Shown piece by piece: positions 45,501 through 55,002 of a stretch of 64,000 nucleotides of DNA. A program made the translations under genes and the position numbers. The stretch lies in assembly GCA_000004985.1 (NCBI GenBank), contig GG738917.1, one strand, 5' to 3'. The notes below the pieces were generated by a model, which saw nothing but the letters and a program-made list of their open reading frames with translations, was not told where the DNA came from and searched no databases. How positions within the stretch are numbered: position 1 is the first letter of the stretch; the number at the start of each line of letters is the position of its first letter. Source of the DNA: Naegleria gruberi. Taxonomy: Eukaryota.

Positions 45501-47200
45501 CTATTATGTAATGTATCTGCTATAAAAAGGTGAGTAGAATTAAAGCTCAATCCATAAGGACCTTTAAGAGGAGATAAACTACTACCACATATTCCAACAA
45601 AATTAGATAGTGTTCCATTCTTAATTTGTCTAATGCAATGATTATCTGTGTCAGATATATAAATATCACCATTTTTCAAAACAACAATACCATTAGGATT
45701 GCTTAAATAGGACAACAAGGGATCACCAATTAAAGAGTAACCACTAATTCCTGTTCCTGCAACGTTAACCACAAAACCATCTTGTGTAATTTTTCGTATT
45801 CTATGATTTTGAGAATCAGCAAAATAAATTTCACCATTTTGTTTAAATATTCCTGTGGGATGGTTGAGTGTAGAAATATTGGAAGGAACATTATTACTTT
45901 TTTCAACGTGCTCATAATAGGCCACATAGTCACAAAGCATATTCTCTGATTCTAGGAAATTCAATTTTGAAAGAGCATCTTGACTGATAATAAGTAAAGA
46001 ATTATCATTCCTATTCTTGAAGAATTGACCAACAGAAAATGCTCTATTATTCGTGTCACTACATGTAGATTGATAGGAAAGAGTGTTCACAACTTGCTTC
46101 TCAAATGAGTAAGTTCTTAAACTTTGTAAATCAGATATGACCATTTCTTTGGGACCATCAACTGTTCGTCTCATCATTGACATGGAATAGATTGCAGTAA
46201 ATGTGAAATTATTTACATTTGCTCCCTCAATTGCAGCTCCTCCCAGAGTTAAAAAACCTTGAGAGATTCCATTTTCCACTTTAGTCACATTATTATATCC
46301 ACAATAAAATAGTTGTTTTGAATCATCGAGTGATACTAAACAAGGTCTTTCAATATTTACAAATTGAGGCGCATTGGGAGCATCAATGGAAGGATATTCT
46401 ACAAAATTGTATTCATTGCAAGCTGGTGAAGATGCATTACACTGTATATATGCATAATTTGGATAAATATAAATAATAAAGTGTAATGTTTTTTCTGATG
46501 TAATTGAATTTTTAGAAACACGTAATCGATAAAGCATATCAACAGTACGAATGTTCCTCTTTTCTGATAAATCCAATACTGAAAGTATTTTAACTGAGCT
46601 ACGTTGAGTTCCCAAATATAGCTCATTATCCATTAATTCAATTTCGTGTATTTCATCTTGATTCAATGTAGTAAATTGACTCGTCGTTCTATTTAATGTC
46701 ATGTTAAATATCTTTACAATAGATGAACCATTTGCAATAATAAACGAATCCTCATAAATAACAAAATCCATATTTACAATATTTCCAGTATAGTAAACAG
46801 TTGTATTTCCTCTCTCGGGAGATAACATGATGATTTTATCTGAAATTGACATGCCAATCACTTCATTTCCCTCACCAATTTGATGCACCACTAAATTTGA
46901 TTGTAAATCACATCCAATTCCAAAATCTCCAACACTAAATATTTCCCCTGTCAATGTATGAAATTTGTTCAATTTTGAGGAACTATCGGAAACAAAATAA
47001 ATAAACGACTTGTGCAAAATTGATGGTGCCATCAATTGTACAGGTAATGTAATTAGTGAAATGTTTGGTAAATTTCCAAGTCGAGTGCCACTATTTTGAT
47101 AAATTGGATGAAGAAATGTGTCCAGTGAGTGGACCTCACCAACCAAAACCACACACAAGAAGAAAATCACAAAAGTGGTTGTGAATGATCTTGTTGGCAT
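42600..47200 (-). CDS. receptor-like protein kinase (about 1,504 aa): signal peptide, N-terminal domain, 6-7 NHL repeats (beta-propeller), 5 tenascin-type EGF repeats, transmembrane helix and TKL-type Ser/Thr kinase; 3 exons (44695-47200, 43039-44650, 42600-42996)
   Basis: The 837-aa ORF 44687-47200 (signal peptide MPTRSFTTTFVIFFLCVVLVGEVHS; NHL repeats such as YFADSQNHRIRKI, YISDTDNHCIRQI, FIADTLHNRIVAT, MIADTNNHKIKRF, VIADSYNSRIISY, YISDSSNNRVRLL, IFADFYNHLIRKI) ends in ...FYFC|GTAAGT. A 44-nt intron joins it in frame to ...DTGNRLIRKV..., a further NHL repeat running without a stop into ORF 43017-44417. That ORF has EGF repeats (CSGNGDCLYPNKCSCSTNYIGDECKYPLC x5), a TM (LGATLGSLSFLIIFITAIIIVLGCIV) and a kinase (GTGGIGAVF..AVK; HRDLKPANVLL; DFG; ...YYM|gttagt...cag|SPEV). 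A second, 42-nt intron falls within subdomain VIII. Confidence 0.7.
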
Positions 47201-47299
47201 TTTTTTACGGTACTAAAATTGGAAGATTACTGCCCGTTCACTCCGATCAAATTTCTCACAAGGTTTATTGTAGTTATTAGAAAATCATAATTAATATCA

Positions 47300-48552
47300 T
47301 AAATTTAAATTACTAATCTATTATCATGTCATATCAAATTATTCCATTAAAAATGAGCAAACGAAATAGACAAGATTTTCAAAGTCATCATCAATTAATT
47401 AATTATTCGGAGGAGGAAATATTCACTAACAATAGAAGTTGTGAAACTCCAATAAGAAATATTTTCAGATGATGTTTGTTTTGAAATAATTTCCATGATT
47501 GATGATTCGTGGTTTATTTTGAATAATTGTTCCTTGATTTCAAAACAATTCTTTAATGTGATCAAGGAACGTTCAAAACTTGTTATTCAATTTAAAAAAA
47601 AATTTACAGAGAAAAGAGTTGAATTACTCATGAAAAGTCAATTTATGAAGATGTTGAATTTTCTAGCAATTTGCTTGACTCTATAGAAACAACCAAATTC
47701 ATAAGTGAAATGAAACAATTAACATCACTTAATATTAATTACAATCAAATTGGTGATGAAGGAGCTAAATACTTAGGTGAAATGAAACAATAAACATTAC
47801 TTAATATTTCTTAAAATGAAATTGGTGATGAAGGAGCCAAACTTATAAGTGAAATGAAACAATCACTAGAAAAATAACCTGTTTAGAGATTGTAATTATT
47901 ATTATTGGTGTACAACTTTAATTTTGGTGCATTTTACAGTATTCAAGCAGAGAAGGAACTTCAGTGAGAGAAAGAATCTCACAAATCTTTGGCAATACCA
48001 CAAGTGAATAAAACTCAACAAACGGCCTTGAATGAACTGAAACACTTGTCGAATATGGAATTGGATTGTTGAAAGAAAGATTTTCATCAATTTCACATTT
48101 TTCACAAATTCTCCAAGTGTCAGGCTGTGAACCAGCTTTGTCCATAGCTGAGCCAAAATGTTTCAAACAAGTTGAACATCTTACAAACTCTCCACCAGTA
48201 TGGACTGCGTGAAACTCAATCAGTGTGTATCCTTTAATGTGATACACTTTGGAGAATTTAGAAATCATAACACCACCAGAACTTCCAAAAATTAAACTTT
48301 CAGAACTGGCTAAACACTCTTGGTTGGACTTATCGTAACAAAAGTCTTCAACTTTTTCTACAAGTCCATTTTGAGTGAAATCATAGGGGTGAAGTATCTT
48401 TCCAACACTTGCACACAATGTTCCATAACCATTGAAGATATTGTCCTTCAAGAAGGATTCACTTGGAGCCCAGTCTACATAATTCTGACTGCTAGAGAAA
48501 GGAGAAGGTTTATTCTCGTCTCCTGGATACGAAAGGGTAATATTTCGTCATT
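47300..48552. repeat. copy A of a tandem duplication of about 1.25 kb (LRR-fragment region + 3' part of the trypsin-like protease gene), ending in an N-gap
   Basis: 47311-48552 is co-linear and about 90% identical (with small indels) to 48603-49673. Both copies end at assembly gaps. Confidence 0.75.
47918..48552 (-). CDS. trypsin-like (Trypsin_2/chymotrypsin-fold) serine protease with a C-terminal Cys-rich zinc-finger-like tail; duplicate copy A (3' part, truncated by gap)
   Basis: It is identical to the C-terminal part of 49253-50101 (..ECLASSESLIFGSSGGVMISKF.. with the catalytic Ser in GSSGG; C-terminal CSTCLKHF...WRICEKCE). The ORF-track 'M' at 48451 is a TTG codon. Confidence 0.5.
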
Positions 48553-48602
48553 NNNNNNNNNNNNNNNNNNNNNNNNNNNNNNNNNNNNNNNNNNNNNNNN
48601 NN
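48553..48602. other. assembly gap (50 N)
   Basis: N run. Confidence 0.99.
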
Positions 48603-49673
48603 TTAATTACTAATCTATTATCATGTCATATCAAATCAGAAAAAATTATTCCTTGAAAAAATGAGCAAACGAAATAGACAAGATTTTCAAAATCATCAAT
48701 TAATTAATTAATTATTCGGAGGAGGAAATATTCACTAACAATAATATATACGGAAGAGGAAGTTGTGAAACTCCAACAAGAAATATTTTCAGATGATGTT
48801 TGTTTTGAAATAATTTCCATGATTGATGATTCGTGGTTATTCAATTTAAAAAAAATTTACAGAGAAAAGAGTTGAATTACTCATGAAAAGTCAATTTATG
48901 AATGGCATTGTTGATGTTGAATTTTCTAGCAATTTGCTTGACTCTATAGAAACAACCAAATTCATAAGTGATGAAACAATTAACATCACTTAATATTAAT
49001 TACAATCAAATTGGTGATGAAGGAGCTAAATACTTAGGTGAAATGAAACAATTAACATCACTTGATATTAATTACAATCAAATTGGTGATGAAGGAGCCA
49101 AATTTATAAGTGGAATGAAACAATTAACATCACTTAATATTTCTGAAAATCAAATTGGTCATGAAGGAGCCAAATTTATTAGTGAAATGAAACAATCACT
49201 AGAAAAATAACCTGTTTAGAGATTGTAATTATTATTATTGGTGTACAAGACTTTAATTTTGGTGCATTTTACAGTATTCAAGCAGAGAAGGAACTTCAGT
49301 GAGAGAAAGAATCTCACAAATCTTTGGCAATACCACAAGTGAATAAAACTCAACAAACGGCCTTGAATGAACTGAAACACTTGTCGAATATGGAATTGGA
49401 TTGTTGAAAGAAAGATTTTCATCAATTTCACATTTTTCACAAATTCTCCAAGTGTCAGGCTGTGAACCAGCTTTGTCCATAGCTGAGCCAAAATGTTTCA
49501 AACAAGTTGAACATCTTACAAACTCTCCACCAGTATGGACTGCGTGAAACTCAATCAGTGTGTATCCTTTAATGTGATACACTTTGGAGAATTTAGAAAT
49601 CATAACACCACCAGAACTTCCAAAAATTAAACTTTCAGAACTGGCTAAACACTCTTGGTTGGACTTATCGTAA
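48603..49673. repeat. copy B of the tandem duplication
   Basis: See copy A. Copy B carries three intact RNI-type LRR units (48968-49210) versus two stop-interrupted units in copy A (47702-47880). Confidence 0.75.
48968..49210 (+). CDS. short ribonuclease-inhibitor-type leucine-rich-repeat ORF (3 x 'MKQLTSLNINYNQIGDEGAKYLGE'); probably a gene fragment
   Basis: 80 aa of 28-residue RNI/NLR-like LRR units. The copy-A counterpart has in-frame stops and a frameshift relative to upstream ORF 47495-47686. No convincing full-length gene could be built. Confidence 0.35.
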   Translation: MMKQLTSLNINYNQIGDEGAKYLGEMKQLTSLDINYNQIGDEGAKFISGMKQLTSLNISENQIGHEGAKFISEMKQSLEK

Positions 49674-50101
49674 NNNNNNNNNNNNNNNNNNNNNNNNNNN
49701 NNNNNNNNNNNNNNNNNNNNNNNCGTCATTTGGTTGCAAATTCGTGGTGAGGGTATGAAAAACACCTTATTTGGAGAACCAGAGAAATTCATTGCTGTAA
49801 TATCAAAGAAATCAAAGTTTCCTACAGTGGTAGTAATTGGATCTCTACCAACCCAATTTTGGGTAACTGGAAACGATTTTTCCATTTGGAAATATTTGAT
49901 TGCTTTTCCTGAAAACAAAGTTTCTAACTTTTTTGGCATTCCTGAGATTGTACTGTTAATATTCCATGAGTTGCTGTACGCATTTACCTTACCAATGGAT
50001 TCAATCTCATTAGCAACGTGGCTGTTTGTAATAATTGTGTTGGGAAGAATGTAAAATCCTGATCCTGAAGCCGTTTTAGTGATCTCACCAAGTTTCTTCA
50101 T
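49253..50101 (-). CDS. trypsin-like (Trypsin_2-fold) serine protease with C-terminal Cys-rich tail; copy B, interrupted by a gap
   Basis: N-terminal GSGFYILPNTIITNSHVANE (His of the triad in TNSHV), C-terminal GSSGGVMI (Ser), then C-x2-C...C-x2-C. The frames on the two sides of the gap junction (...PRICNQMT / RNITLSYPGDENKP...) are offset by +1 with no clean intron, so the gene may be a pseudogene or mis-assembled. Confidence 0.5.
   Translation of the reverse strand: MKKLGEITKTASGSGFYILPNTIITNSHVANEIESIGKVNAYSNSWNINSTISGMPKKLETLFSGKAIKYFQMEKSFPVTQNWVGRDPITTTVGNFDFFDITAMNFSGSPNKVFFIPSPRICNQMTXXXXXXXXXXXXXXXXXYDKSNQECLASSESLIFGSSGGVMISKFSKVYHIKGYTLIEFHAVHTGGEFVRCSTCLKHFGSAMDKAGSQPDTWRICEKCEIDENLSFNNPIPYSTSVSVHSRPFVEFYSLVVLPKICEILSLTEVPSLLEYCKMHQN
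49674..49723. other. assembly gap (50 N)
   Basis: N run. Confidence 0.99.
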
Positions 50102-50444
50102 GGAGAATAATCTAACAACAGCACTAGCACCTTCCGAAGCACTTTCTAATGCTTTGAGATTATCAAAATATTCTACAATGACTTTCAGTTAGGTGGCGTC
50201 CAAGTCGGCTGTTTATACCAAAAGACATTGAAGCAGGCATTTGGTGGATAATGTTCCTTACCAGGAGTCCTCTGGGAAGAAGTATTCTCACAAACCTCCT
50301 CCCCAGTTCGAGGAATATAACAGGTAACCACTTCAAGACGCTCTCTGACGAATCTCATTTTTTTTAAGGTTACTTATTAATTGTACAAGTTCTGTAAGTT
50401 TTTTTTGGTTTTCACACAATTTATTTTCTTGTAGTGATTGTTTG

Positions 50445-50691
50445 GATATCTATCTTGGTAATTGTGTTGTTATTTTTTAAAACCTATTTGTATATCCTTA
50501 TTTAGAATCCTCAGCTTTGACCTCATTTTTTATGAGCTAGTCTTTTAAAATATTCCATAAAAAACGAGTAAAATTTATTCATTATTTTTAGTTCATACTG
50601 TCGATAGTTTAGATATCTTACTTGAACATTGTGTTTTTATTTTTTTATTATTCAATTTCCTTTTTTTAGAAGCCTCAGAGTTATGTCACAT
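50445..50691. repeat. two about 80-bp direct repeats (GATATCT[AT][AT]C.TG..A.TGTGTT.TTATTTTTTA...CCTCAG.GTT.TG.C.CAT) separated by about 85 bp, in an AT-rich spacer
   Basis: Units at 50445-50527 and 50612-50691 align at about 70% identity. Confidence 0.4.
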
Positions 50692-50770
50692 TCAAAAAGT
50701 TATTCCCAATAATCTGCTCCAGTGGAAACGAATGATTTGCTGATTGATCAGAAATTACATTACAAATACT

Positions 50771-52597
50771 TTACATTGATCTCTTTATTTCGTCATCAAC
50801 GATTAAGCCCCACTTTCCTTTGTGTGTTATCCAAGTAATCTTTCTTCCTTCGAGAGCCATTTTGGCATATTTTGTCTTTTTGTCCTTGTTTTGTTCGATA
50901 TAAACAATTTCTCCAATACGAACAAATCTACAGGCACCATCATTAGTTGTAATTTCATATTCAGAACCCTTAATTGTGACTGATGAAATTGTTGAGTTGT
51001 GGATAGCTTCGTGAATAGTTTTCAATTCCTCATCTGTCAATTCTTCGCCTTCAGGTCTGACAATTGCTGAATCAGAAGATTGTAAATGTTGTTGCATGTC
51101 TGGATTGACCATTTGGAATTCACCTGCTTCTCTATAACACAAACCTAAGAACATTGATTGCATAGAGTCCATATCCTTTAGTTCAAATCTCTTACCACCA
51201 GTTTCATCAGCAAGATATTGATAGAATTGATCAGCATGAGGTCTTGCCTGACATTGTACAGAGTGAATTTTGATGTGATAGTCATTAAATAATGATTGAC
51301 ATTCTTCTTGCCAGTCAATCTTGAAATATTCTGTTGCTGTGTGTGGAACTTCATCTCCAATCATAACCAAACATCTTTGAGTGAAAGCATTGTCCTTTGG
51401 AGTCCAACTTAATGTTTTTGCTTCTTTTAGAGCTAATTCATAACATTCTGCTGGGTCTAAACCACCAGTACCTTTCAAAGATTGAACAAAACTAACTATT
51501 TGTTCAATATCATTTGAAAAGTCTAATTTCTTCATCACATAGAATAAACTTGAATCGGCATAATCTCCGTGAGCAATTAAAGAAATGAAAAGTCCAGGAA
51601 CATCCTGTAATAATTTTTCACACATATTTTGCAACTTCCATTTCAAATCATCAATAATATTAATTTGTGAACCTGTAGTATCAAAGACAAAACAAATTTG
51701 AATAGCAGGTGTTTCATCAGCTGTCTTGAAAGTTCTATTTCCTTCAATGAAATAACATCCTTGTAAAACTTCCTTTAAAGTCATCTTCTTTGTTACAAGA
51801 GCATTGGTATCAAAATATTCACATTCTTCAGTTGGTAAATTGGAAATAGCCCAATGTGATGCATCAACATCACCTCTCTTGTATTCATTACCAGGTGTTT
51901 TTGCTAACAATCTTCTCAGTGCTTCTTCGTAATCAATGTGAGAACTTTGATATTCAGAGTATCTATTACCAGGAGTTCTTGTAGTAGTTGTGTGACTATC
52001 ATCTCTTGGTAAATTTGTGAGTGAAATATTTGTTGGTCTGGAAGGAGTTGCTCTTGATGGAGTAGAAGATGATGATGCTGCTGCACTACTACCAGTTGCA
52101 CGAGGAGTTACTTTCTTTGCCTTTTTGACTGGTGTCTTTTTTGGTGTAACAATTCTTTCTTCTTCACTTTCAGAAGAAGAAGAAGATTCGTCTTCACTTT
52201 CGGCTTTTCTCTTTGGTGTAGCTTTCTTCTTTGGTGTTGAAGATGAGCCTGTCTTTTTCTTTGGTGTGGATGATGAAGATGATGATGTTGCAGCCTTGTT
52301 CAATTGTCTCAAATCAATTTCACCCACTTCATAATCTTCCAAATATTCTGGCAATTTACCTCTGTTCGATCTACTAGGTGTTGTTCTTTTTTCTACAGTA
52401 GGTGTTTTCCTCTTGGAAGTAGTAGCCTTCTTCTTCTTTGGTGTTGTGGAAGTTGTTGTTGTTGTTTCCTCTCCATCATCAACCATTTGATCAGCAGCTG
52501 ATGATGATGAGGCTGCAGCGTTGTTGTTTTCTAGTTCTTCTTCATCGTGATGAGATGAAGTTGCTTGTTGTTTTGGATCACTTGAAGAGTCAGCCAT
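50771..52597 (-). CDS. von Willebrand factor A (vWA) domain protein with a long basic, histone-H1-like Ser/Thr/Lys-rich N-terminal region
   Basis: 608-aa single ORF. The N-terminal 200 aa are disordered with repeated TPKKK / TPKRK / SPxK motifs (CDK-site-like, H1-tail-like). The vWA core (ICFVFDTTGSQ...GLFISLIAHGDYADSS...TGGLDPAECYELALKEA...LVMIGDEVPH) has a MIDAS-like DxTxS. The about 110-aa C-terminal domain was not recognised. Confidence 0.6.
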   Translation of the reverse strand: MADSSSDPKQQATSSHHDEEELENNNAAASSSSAADQMVDDGEETTTTTSTTPKKKKATTSKRKTPTVEKRTTPSRSNRGKLPEYLEDYEVGEIDLRQLNKAATSSSSSSTPKKKTGSSSTPKKKATPKRKAESEDESSSSSESEEERIVTPKKTPVKKAKKVTPRATGSSAAASSSSTPSRATPSRPTNISLTNLPRDDSHTTTTRTPGNRYSEYQSSHIDYEEALRRLLAKTPGNEYKRGDVDASHWAISNLPTEECEYFDTNALVTKKMTLKEVLQGCYFIEGNRTFKTADETPAIQICFVFDTTGSQINIIDDLKWKLQNMCEKLLQDVPGLFISLIAHGDYADSSLFYVMKKLDFSNDIEQIVSFVQSLKGTGGLDPAECYELALKEAKTLSWTPKDNAFTQRCLVMIGDEVPHTATEYFKIDWQEECQSLFNDYHIKIHSVQCQARPHADQFYQYLADETGGKRFELKDMDSMQSMFLGLCYREAGEFQMVNPDMQQHLQSSDSAIVRPEGEELTDEELKTIHEAIHNSTISSVTIKGSEYEITTNDGACRFVRIGEIVYIEQNKDKKTKYAKMALEGRKITWITHKGKWGLIVDDEIKRSM

Positions 52598-53261
52598 TAT
52601 TATTGTTATTAATTGTTGTCTTTACACTATTACTACAGGGCGATAATTGTGTTGTTATCTGATGATGAACCTAGATTACAATATATTGTTGTCTCTTCAG
52701 CAAAAAATGGATTTGATGAATTTTTTTTGATTTTTATTTTTAACTTCTGTTTGAGTATTTCTTCAAAAGAGAGGAATTCAATAAATTGATGGAAATCACT
52801 CCTCAATATATAAAACGAAGTACAACTGTCATCAAGCAGCAATTTGATAAAGAAAAAGCATACTTCTTGTTCAAAAAATTGTGAAATTCATTTTCCATAA
52901 TTTAGACAAATTCTGAAACAAGGTTAATTCAATTTCGAATTGAAAATACATATTAAAACCCAATTAGATAAATGAGAGATCTTTAGCAGAGGCTGTGGAC
53001 TTGTCTTTTGAAATGACATTGAATCACCACACTCCCCAACCATTGGTTAGAAGATGAAGAGTTTTGATTGTAAAGCGTGATGGTCCATTTCCCAAAAACA
53101 AAAATTCTCCATTTTGTTACATTAATTATCCAAAATGAAAAATTTTCCACATCCAAAATAGTATGTGGAAGCGGAATCAGTTTTTTGTTCGAATCGAACA
53201 TTTCATTAGTTTTAAAAGCCGACCTGCTCTGAATTACTTGAGAATCAACAAGTAAAAGAAA

Positions 53262-54912
53262 ATGAGTGAAGTGTTAATTGCAATTTCTGTTGTCTGGTTG
53301 GCTATTGTGGCCTTCTTTGTCTTTTCAATTTATAATAATTATTTAAAAGTTAAACATATTCCTGGTTCTTTCCAATGTAAGTTTTCATTTAATTGAATGG
53401 ATTTTCTGTAATACCCAATATTGTGATATCAGTCTTTTCAACATTTAAGAGTTATCCATTGATTTCACCATTTCTTAGTTTTGGAGGTTTCAGAAATACT
53501 GAAAAATTGATGAATGATCTTGGTGATCCAAAAACCAAGACAGTTCGTATTGCCATGTATGATAGAAATATTGTTTCTATTTGTGATAAGGACATGTTGA
53601 AGGAATTGTTAGTTGTAAAGGGAAATAACTTTATCAAACAAGCTAAAATTTATGAAGGTAGGTAAACTGCGTAAATTGTCAACCAAGTGTACTCATTACA
53701 AATAATAGTTTTTAATACTTTTGGAATTAATATCCTATCTGCTTTGGATGCTGGAGGTGAAACATGGAAAAATCATCATCGCGTTGCCTCTGGTGCGTTC
53801 GCTAGCAAGAATTTGGAATTTATGGCTGATATTGCCTCAAATACTGTTGATTTAATTCGTGATTACAAGTGGGAAAAGGAAATGAAGAAAGCTTTGGATA
53901 GTGGTAATAAGGGTTTCATCTTTGATTCAAATGCTGACTTTTCTGACATGACATTAGGTAAGTTTATTCATAATAATTGTGTTGTTTATCCTTCATGTTA
54001 TAGACGTTCTTGGAAAGGCTGGTTTCGGTTTGGATTTCTCAATCTTTGATGAAAAGAGTGATGAAGGTAAAATCTTCAGAAGGTCTTTGGAGAAGATGTT
54101 CACTCTCGGTGTGATTGCTAAACGTTTCATTGGTTTGAATCCATTACTTTCATGGGCTTTCCCATTCGTTAGTAAAGTTACAGGAGTTGATGATGCAGTG
54201 AAGATCGTGAGTGATAAGCTTGATCAAATCATTTCTGAAAGAACTAAAGAAGTTGAATCAAAGGGAATTGAAGAAATCTCAACTGGTGGTGAAGAACGTA
54301 AAGATTTATTGAGTGTTTTGGTTGAGGCTAACTTTATTCAGAAAGGTGTCTTGTCTGATGCTGAACTCAAATCAGACGCTTATATATTTTCGCTTGCTGG
54401 GTTTGTATTTTAATTTTAAAACTATTTGTCCTAATTTATTATAATAGACATGAGGTATGTATTTGCAAATGTACAATTTTTTGTAATGAATTTTTTATTT
54501 GAAATTTTAGACAACTTCAACAACTTTACAATGGGTTTGTTACGAATTGTCAAAGAGACCTGAAATTCAAAAGAAAGCCAGAGAAGAAATTGATGCAACT
54601 TTAGGAGTTGGTGCTAATAGACGTGCTCCAAACTATAATGATTATCCAATTATGAATTATGTCAATGCTGTTATTATGGAAGCTCTTCGTTTGCATCCGC
54701 CAGTTGTCAATGTTTTTAGAGTTGCCAAGAAGAGTACTACCTTGGGTGAATTTGCCATTCCAAAGGATACTACCATTCACATTAACATTTTTGCTGCCAA
54801 TAGAAGTGAAAAGAATTGGGAGAAACCATTAGAATTCATTCCTGAAAGATATCCAATGGATGCAGCATCTTTTTCTTTGGATCTATCAGAAATTTGGATG
54901 CTAAGGATGTAA
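53262..54912 (+). CDS. cytochrome P450 family gene, 5 exons (53262-53376, 53433-53657, 53709-53957, 54004-54404, 54511-about 54912); 3' end degenerate (possible pseudogene)
   Basis: N-terminal TM anchor MSEVLIAISVVWLAIVAFFVF..PGSF, then P450 blocks (GINILSALDAGGETWKNHHRVASGAF; TLDVLGKAGFGLDF), I-helix region YIFSLAGF|TTSTTLQW, K-helix EALRLHPP and PERF-like EFIPERY. The Cys heme loop FxxGxRxCxG is absent. A degenerate copy (FFGSIRNLDAKDV) appears only in a +1 frame, with the Cys replaced. Confidence 0.55.
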
Positions 54913-55002
54913 AGGATTCCGATTTAGATGCATCTCAAATTGGAAGAGCTACGACCTGATTTCTTAATAAGAAAATTCTCTGATAAATTTGAAATATTAT
55001 TA

